Translations under genes and position numbers: made by a program
Source: Planctomycetota bacterium
GTDB taxonomy: Bacteria > Planctomycetota > UBA1135 > UBA2386
Length of the DNA: 64,000 nucleotides
Assembly: GCA_965228735.1 (NCBI GenBank)
Contig: OZ245838.1
Location: forward strand, 3,264,001 to 3,328,000
Direction of reading: 5' to 3'
The notes under the pieces: model-generated
Database searches by the model: none
Told to the model about the DNA's origin: nothing
Seen by the model: the letters and a program-made list of their open reading frames with translations, nothing else
Part shown: positions 58,415 through 64,000 of the stretch, one piece after another
How the letters are laid out: each line of letters opens with the position of its first letter
How positions within the stretch are numbered: the stretch's first letter is position 1

Positions 58415-59833
58415 ATGAACATCCAGTTCCTCGACCCATGGGTCGCCGGTGGGTTGCTTGCTGCCTTCAGCATTCTGTGGGTGTTCCTCGGCTGGTACTG
58501 GGGGCGCAAGAACAGCGACGTCGACGACTTCATGCTGGCTGGCCGCAAGGTCGGGCTCGCGCTCGGCAGCGCGACGGCGATGGCCACGTGGGTGACCAGC
58601 AACACGACTCTCGTCGCGCCCGAGCTCGCGTTCAACTTCGGCATCTGGGGCATGCTCGGCTACTCGCTCGGATGCGTGGGCCTGCTGCTGTTCGCGCCGA
58701 TGGCGTCCCGCATCAGGCACCTCATGCCCCGCGGATACACGAGCGGCGACTTCGTGCGGCTGCGGTATGGCCGGGCGGCGTGGCGGGTCTTCCTGCTGAT
58801 CTCCGTCGCCTACAGCGGCGCCTGGCTCGTCAGCCTCGGTTCCGCCGGCGGCCTGCTGATCCAGGCGCTCAGCGGCATTCCGTTCCTCGTCGGCGCGACG
58901 GTGATCCTGGTGATCTGCGTGCTCTACACGCTGCTCGGCGGCCTGCGGGCCGTGATCGGCACCGACTTCATCCAGACCATCGTGATCATCTCGGGTGTCG
59001 TACTGGTCGGCGTGATGACGCTGCAGCAGGTCGACCTGCAACAGGTTCATGCCCGCCTCAGCGATGTCCGCCCGCGCCTGCTCGACGCGCTCATGCCGGC
59101 GGCGGTGATGTTCCTCTTCAACAACCTGCTCTTCGGCATCGGTGAGATCTTTCACTCGAACGTCTGGTGGAGCCGCGCGTTCGCGTTCGACCGGGGCGTC
59201 GGGTTCAAGGCCTACCTGACCGCCGGTCTGCTCTGGGCGCCGATCCCGATCGCCGCCGGCTTCATCGCGCTCTCGGCGCCGGCCCTCGATCTCGCCGTGC
59301 CGCGCGCCGACATGGTCGGGCCGCTCGTGGCCGCGAACGTGCTCGGGGTGGGCGGCGCCGTTCTGCTGTTCATCGTGGTCTTCTCGGCGATCGCGTCGAG
59401 CCTCGACTCGCTCCTCGCAGCGACGAGCGACCTCGTCGTCGAAGACATCTACCGGCGCCACCTGCGCCCGAACGCGACTCCCACTCAGCTGCGCCGGGCC
59501 GCGTCGACCACCATCGTCGCGCTCGGCGTGCTGACCTGGGTCATCGTCGCGCTCGACATCTCGACCCTGGCCAAGCTGCTCAACTTCGCCGGTGCGCTCG
59601 TCGCGAGCACGATCTGGCCGATCGCGGCCGGCCTCTACTGGCGTCGAACGAACCCGCTGTCAGCGACGCTGGGGATGGCCCTCGGATCGATCGGCGGCCT
59701 GCTCGCCTACTTCCTCATCGACTGGTACGTCGCGGCCCTGGTCGGCGCCGCGATCTCCATGACGATCGTGCTCGCCCTCACGTTCGTGCGGCCGAGTGAC
59801 TTCGACTGGCGTCGACTGGGAGCCGGATCATGA
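58415..59833 (+). CDS. Sodium:solute symporter (SSS; PutP/DUR3-like)
   Basis: DFMLAGR, YTLLGGLRAVIGTDFIQ, SAIASSLDS; about 13 hydrophobic segments. Confidence 0.93.
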   Translation: MNIQFLDPWVAGGLLAAFSILWVFLGWYWGRKNSDVDDFMLAGRKVGLALGSATAMATWVTSNTTLVAPELAFNFGIWGMLGYSLGCVGLLLFAPMASRIRHLMPRGYTSGDFVRLRYGRAAWRVFLLISVAYSGAWLVSLGSAGGLLIQALSGIPFLVGATVILVICVLYTLLGGLRAVIGTDFIQTIVIISGVVLVGVMTLQQVDLQQVHARLSDVRPRLLDALMPAAVMFLFNNLLFGIGEIFHSNVWWSRAFAFDRGVGFKAYLTAGLLWAPIPIAAGFIALSAPALDLAVPRADMVGPLVAANVLGVGGAVLLFIVVFSAIASSLDSLLAATSDLVVEDIYRRHLRPNATPTQLRRAASTTIVALGVLTWVIVALDISTLAKLLNFAGALVASTIWPIAAGLYWRRTNPLSATLGMALGSIGGLLAYFLIDWYVAALVGAAISMTIVLALTFVRPSDFDWRRLGAGS

Positions 59834-59952
59834 CCGTTCCGCCGTTCGTCCTCGAAGCGTTGGTCTACGCCGCGCTGACCGTGAGCGCGGCCGCGCCGAT
59901 CGTGCTCCTCGCCCTGCTGTTTCGAGACTGGAAGAGAGGCAACCTGTGGTAG
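59830..59952 (+). CDS. 40-aa membrane peptide
   Basis: MTVPPFVLEALVYAALTVSAAAPIVLLALLFRDWKRGNLW*; ATGA overlap with the SSS stop and overlap with the next GTG start; absent from the ORF track. Confidence 0.78.
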   Translation: MTVPPFVLEALVYAALTVSAAAPIVLLALLFRDWKRGNLW

Positions 59953-61034
59953 CCACACCGACCCTGCATCCTCGCCTGCAAGGCCCGATCGACGTGCGCA
60001 GCCCGCACGTCGGACTCGAGCACCCGCGCCGACTGCTCGCGACGGTTCCCGAGAACCCGAGCGCCCTGCTCGCGCTCGCGACCCGTCACATCGTCTCGGC
60101 CCTGCAGTTCGACCGTGAACTCGTGACCCAGCTCTGCCGGCTCGCGGCGAGCATCGAGATGCAGCCGAAGCTGCTCCACCTGCCGCTCACGGGCAAGATC
60201 CTGATCACCGCGTTCCTCGAGCCGAGCACGCGGACGCGGCTGTCGTTCGAGAGTGCGTGGCACCGACTCGGCGGCGACATCCTGTCCATCACCGAGGCGG
60301 CAACGACGGGGATCGCGAAGGGCGAGAGCCTCCGCGACATCGCCGAGATGTTCAGCAACTACGGCGACGCGGTCGTGCTCCGTGACAACAACGAGCACTC
60401 GGTCTACGAGATGCTCGACACGCTGCGGGTTCCGATCATCAACGCCGGCAACGGCATCGACGAGCACCCGACGCAGGCACTGTCCGACATCTACGCGATC
60501 GTGAAGTGGCGCCCGCAGCTCCTGACGGACGAGCCGGGCGACCGACTGCGGATCGGCATCATCGGCAACCCGGCGAAGATGCGGACGGTTCGCAGTTTGC
60601 TGCTCCTGCTGAGCCTCTTCCCGCACGCGATCGACGAAGTCGTGGTCGTCAGCGGCGCCGGCACGGCGGATCCGTTCGATCCCGGCCAGCGCGAACTGCT
60701 CGAGGAACGCGGTCTCCGCCTCAGGGTCGAACGACAGCTCCAACACGTTCTGCAGACCCTCGATGTCGTCTACATCAACTCGATCGCGTGGATCGGCGAC
60801 ACGTTCGAGCGCCTGACGGGCGATCTCCGGCTGACCGCCGGTTCGGCCGTCAAGGACGGCGCGATCATCCTCCATCCGCTCGCCCGCGGCGCGGAGCTCG
60901 ACGTCAGCCTCGATGACACCGAGCACAACTGGTACTTCAGCCAGGCCCGCGGCGCGACCTTCCTCCGCATGGCGCTGCTCACCTGCATGGTCGAGCGCGT
61001 GCATCGCGTCGCCGACGTCGAACCCCCGGCGTAG
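59946..61034 (+). CDS. Aspartate carbamoyltransferase-like protein with altered acceptor site
   Basis: FLEPSTRTRLSF, KGES, LR, NAGNG, EHPTQ, RTVRSL, HPLAR; start (GTG 59946) uncertain. Confidence 0.9.
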   Translation: MVATPTLHPRLQGPIDVRSPHVGLEHPRRLLATVPENPSALLALATRHIVSALQFDRELVTQLCRLAASIEMQPKLLHLPLTGKILITAFLEPSTRTRLSFESAWHRLGGDILSITEAATTGIAKGESLRDIAEMFSNYGDAVVLRDNNEHSVYEMLDTLRVPIINAGNGIDEHPTQALSDIYAIVKWRPQLLTDEPGDRLRIGIIGNPAKMRTVRSLLLLLSLFPHAIDEVVVVSGAGTADPFDPGQRELLEERGLRLRVERQLQHVLQTLDVVYINSIAWIGDTFERLTGDLRLTAGSAVKDGAIILHPLARGAELDVSLDDTEHNWYFSQARGATFLRMALLTCMVERVHRVADVEPPA

Positions 61035-61061
61035 CGATCAGCCCAGGACACGACCGAACTC

Positions 61062-63098
61062 ATGTGTGGCATAGCCGGCATCTTCCATCTCGACCGCAAT
61101 CGCCCCGTCGACCCCGCCCTGCTCGCGGGAATGGCGGCGATCCAGCACCACCGCGGGCCCGACGGCTGTGGGCACCACGTCATCGACGATCGGGGCGTGG
61201 GGTTCGCCCACGCCCGGCTGGCGATCATCGATCTCGAAAACTCTGGACAGCAGCCCCTGGTCGCCGGAGGGCAACGCTGGATGCTCACGCACAACGGCGA
61301 GTTCTACGACTACGCCCGGATCCGGGCCGACCTCGCGACCCGCGGCGCCAGGTTCACGACGAAGAGCGACTCCGAGATCGTGCTCCACCTGGCCGAACGC
61401 CGCGGGCTGGAGGGCGCCCTGCCGCACCTGCGCGGCGAGTTCGCGTTCGGGCTCTACGACCGTGAACGGGACGAGCTCACGCTCGTGCGCGACCGCTTCG
61501 GCGTCAAGCCGCTCTACTGGACGCGAACGAGCAACGGCATCGTATTCGGGTCGGAGATCAAGGTGCTCTTCGCGCATCCCGACGTCCGACGGGAGTTCGA
61601 CGACGAAGGTCTGTTCCACCAGTTGATGCAGACCATCGTGCCCGGGTCGACCCCGTTCGCGGGAGTCCACCAGGTCAAGCCGGGACACGCGCTCACGGTC
61701 CGCCGCCAGAACGGCGATCTGCTGATCGAGGACCGCCGCTACTGGGACATGCCGTTCCCCGAGTGGAACGACCGCGGTCCGGACCGCCCGGAACAGGACG
61801 TCATCGAGGAGGTCCGAGCGCGCTTGCTCGAGGCGGTGCAGCTGCGGCTCGTCGCCGACGTGCCGGTCGGATGCTATCTCTCCGGCGGCATCGACTCGTG
61901 CTCGATGCTCGGGCTCGCGGCCGCATGCCGTCAGGACGCGGTCAAGGCGTTCACGATCGGCTTCGACAACAAGGACTACGACGAGACCGAGATCGCGCGG
62001 GAGATGGCTCGGTCGGTCGGTGCGGACCAGGACGTGCTCGCGCTGGACGCTGGCCATCTCTACGACCACTTCGTCGAGACCCACTGGCACACGGAGCGAA
62101 CGATCTACAACACGCTCGGTGTGGCCAAGCTGCTCATGAGCCGGCATGTCCACCGGGCCGGTTACAAGGTCGTGATCACCGGCGAAGGCTCCGACGAACT
62201 CTTCGCCGGCTATCCGTCCTTCCGGAACGACCTGTTCGCGCACGGCCTCGCGCATCTGCCGGCACCCGAACGGGAGGCGATGCAGGAGGCGCTGGGCCGG
62301 TCCAACGCCGTCTTCCGCGGCGCGATGCTGCCCGTCGAGACGCATGACGACCCGGATCTCGAGAGGGTGTGCGGCTTCACCCCGACCTGCCTGCAGCCGT
62401 GGCTCAATGCCTCGCGCCACGTCGCGCCGCTGATCGATGGCGACCGACGGGCGCGGCTGGCGGGCTACAGTCCGGGCGCAGCGATCGCGAACGCCCTGGA
62501 CGAGAGCGCGATGCGCGGCCGTCATCCGCTCGACGTCGCGCAGTACGTCTGGATCAAGACGATGCTCGAAGGCCAGATCCTGACCTGGGGCGGTGACCGC
62601 GTCGACATGGCCAACTCGATGGAGGCACGTCCCGCGTTCCTCGATCACCACCTGGCGGAGTTCGCCGCGACGATCCCGCCGCAGTATCGGATCCGCGGGA
62701 TCACCGAGAAGTGGGTCCTGCGTGAAGCCATGAAGGGCGTGCTGCCGCGCGTGCTCTACGAACGGGAGAAGTTCGCGTTCATGGCACCACCGGCGCACAC
62801 CGACCCCGCGAAGCGCAAGGCGCTCGGCGCCCTGACGAGCCGATACCTGAACTCAGGGTCCATCCGCCACTCCAACCTGCTCGACGAAGGCGGCGTCCGG
62901 GACGTGCTCGACCGCTACGCCGACGACAGCCGACCGCGCGATGAGCTCGTGCAGCTCGATGCCGTCGTCAACCACCTGCTCGGAGTCCAGATCCTGCACG
63001 ACCAGCTCGTCGATCAGGACGTGCCCGCGCTCGCAGCAGCGCGAGCGGACGAGCTCGGCGACGGGGTCGTCGCCGTGGCCGAGCCTGTCGCGCGTTAA
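61062..63098 (+). CDS. asnB: Asparagine synthase-like glutamine-dependent amidotransferase
   Basis: MCGIAG (Ntn Cys), HRGPD, NGE, RDRFGVKPLY, LSGGIDS, GEGSDE. Confidence 0.93.
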   Translation: MCGIAGIFHLDRNRPVDPALLAGMAAIQHHRGPDGCGHHVIDDRGVGFAHARLAIIDLENSGQQPLVAGGQRWMLTHNGEFYDYARIRADLATRGARFTTKSDSEIVLHLAERRGLEGALPHLRGEFAFGLYDRERDELTLVRDRFGVKPLYWTRTSNGIVFGSEIKVLFAHPDVRREFDDEGLFHQLMQTIVPGSTPFAGVHQVKPGHALTVRRQNGDLLIEDRRYWDMPFPEWNDRGPDRPEQDVIEEVRARLLEAVQLRLVADVPVGCYLSGGIDSCSMLGLAAACRQDAVKAFTIGFDNKDYDETEIAREMARSVGADQDVLALDAGHLYDHFVETHWHTERTIYNTLGVAKLLMSRHVHRAGYKVVITGEGSDELFAGYPSFRNDLFAHGLAHLPAPEREAMQEALGRSNAVFRGAMLPVETHDDPDLERVCGFTPTCLQPWLNASRHVAPLIDGDRRARLAGYSPGAAIANALDESAMRGRHPLDVAQYVWIKTMLEGQILTWGGDRVDMANSMEARPAFLDHHLAEFAATIPPQYRIRGITEKWVLREAMKGVLPRVLYEREKFAFMAPPAHTDPAKRKALGALTSRYLNSGSIRHSNLLDEGGVRDVLDRYADDSRPRDELVQLDAVVNHLLGVQILHDQLVDQDVPALAAARADELGDGVVAVAEPVAR

Positions 63099-63568
63099 GG
63101 ACCGTCGGACTCGGCAGCGCGCTGCGGATAGAGCAGCAATGGGATCGAGCTCTTCCGAACGACGCCCTCGGCGACGCTGCCGCCGAACAGACGTTCGAGC
63201 CCGGAGCGGCCGTGCGTCGCCATCGCGATCATGTCGGCGTCGAGCGCCTCGGCCTGCTCGACGATCGTCTCCGCCACATCGAGACCGCGCACCGCCTCGA
63301 TGCCGATGCGCTCGAGCGGCGCGAAGCTGCCACGCAGTTCTTCGAGGCGCCCACGCGCGGTCTTCAGAGCCTCCTCGAGGTCCGGCGCGACCGCCGGCAT
63401 CGCGGGCACGCTCGGGATGCCGGGCGCGACGATGGTGACGGGATCGACAACGACGTGCAGCAGCGTCAGTCGTGCATCCAGAGCAAGCGCCAAGGCTGCT
63501 ACCGGCTCACACATCTGCAACGAGAGATCGGAGAAGTCCGTAGCGGCGACGATGTGAGGTGTGGTCAT
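63095..63568 (-). CDS. Universal stress protein
   Basis: IVAATDFS, LLHVV, MATHGRSGLERLFGGSVAEGVVR. Confidence 0.93.
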   Translation of the reverse strand: MTTPHIVAATDFSDLSLQMCEPVAALALALDARLTLLHVVVDPVTIVAPGIPSVPAMPAVAPDLEEALKTARGRLEELRGSFAPLERIGIEAVRGLDVAETIVEQAEALDADMIAMATHGRSGLERLFGGSVAEGVVRKSSIPLLLYPQRAAESDGP

Positions 63569-63579
63569 CCCCGGCAAAC

Positions 63580-63595
63580 TGCAAGCCGCGTGCCC
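63580..63595 (-). promoter_or_regulatory. Sigma54 -24/-12 promoter
   Basis: Minus strand GGGCAC-GCGGC-TTGCA, 11 nt upstream of the USP ATG. Confidence 0.75.
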
Positions 63596-63697
63596 TGCCC
63601 CGCGAAATCCGATCTCGCTGCAGCGCACGGACGCGGTTCACTCGTGCGATCCCCCAGATGCGGCGAGCACGGGCGAACCCGCGCTCGCGCGGCGACG

Positions 63698-64000
63698 TCA
63701 GTGCTTGCCATCCGTCATCACGAGATCGGCGCCGAGGGATGTCAGCACGGCGTCGATCTCCTGAACGGACGGACCGGCCCTGCGGCCCGCCATGCCCTCC
63801 TCCGTCGCGACCTCGTGTTCGCGAGCCGCGTAGCTCAGCCGCTGCAGCCGATCGACCTTCTGTTCCATGGTCGCCTCACCGTCCTCGAGGATGGCCACGA
63901 TCGCGGGGTGGGCCGGAGTGGCCGCGGGCAATCCGGCCTCGTGAACGGTGCCGTGATCGCGAAACGCCTCGAGCATCGCGATGTGGCCCTGCACCTGCGG
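63698..64000 (-). CDS. 3' end of a hypothetical protein (starts beyond the window)
   Basis: Open frame to the window edge with coding-like composition. Confidence 0.6.
   Translation of the reverse strand, partial: PQVQGHIAMLEAFRDHGTVHEAGLPAATPAHPAIVAILEDGEATMEQKVDRLQRLSYAAREHEVATEEGMAGRRAGPSVQEIDAVLTSLGADLVMTDGKH

Noticed and set aside
59946..61034. Calling this gene housekeeping pyrB
   Set aside because: The aspartate side-chain motif is missing and there are no pyrimidine genes nearby.

Overview
High-GC (roughly 70% by eye), gene-dense bacterial chromosome segment with about 60 CDS. I found no rRNA, tRNA, CRISPR array, transposase or phage genes. The gene content suggests Planctomycetota or another PVC-group bacterium (inference): sulfatase, DUF1080-ThuA, multiheme cytochrome c with a beta-propeller partner, ECF sigma plus Ser/Thr kinase, DUF1570, and many secreted proteins with a shared C-terminal region. 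Main blocks: secreted proteins, nuclease and sulfatase (1-10.6 kb); a 166-bp palindromic MITE-like element (9.8 kb); an ECF sigma with a SecD-P1-like partner; a peptidoglycan-peptide recycling cluster with SpmAB (13.4-20.2 kb); a glucuronokinase-nucleotidyltransferase fusion; a cytochrome c/propeller/serine dehydratase operon; an ArsR-controlled persulfide dioxygenase-rhodanese with a perfect operator; and a 48-64 kb region with a sigma54 activator and five -24/-12 promoter motifs. The best candidate for an undescribed system is the putatively sigma54-driven operon at 57.5-63.1 kb: a degenerate P-II, an FN3-like membrane protein, a sodium:solute symporter, a 40-aa membrane peptide, an ATCase-like carbamoyltransferase lacking the aspartate side-chain site, and an AsnB amidotransferase. 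It may make an N-carbamoyl amino-acid amide such as the osmolyte N-carbamoyl-glutamine amide. All family calls come from motif recognition by eye; no searches were run.
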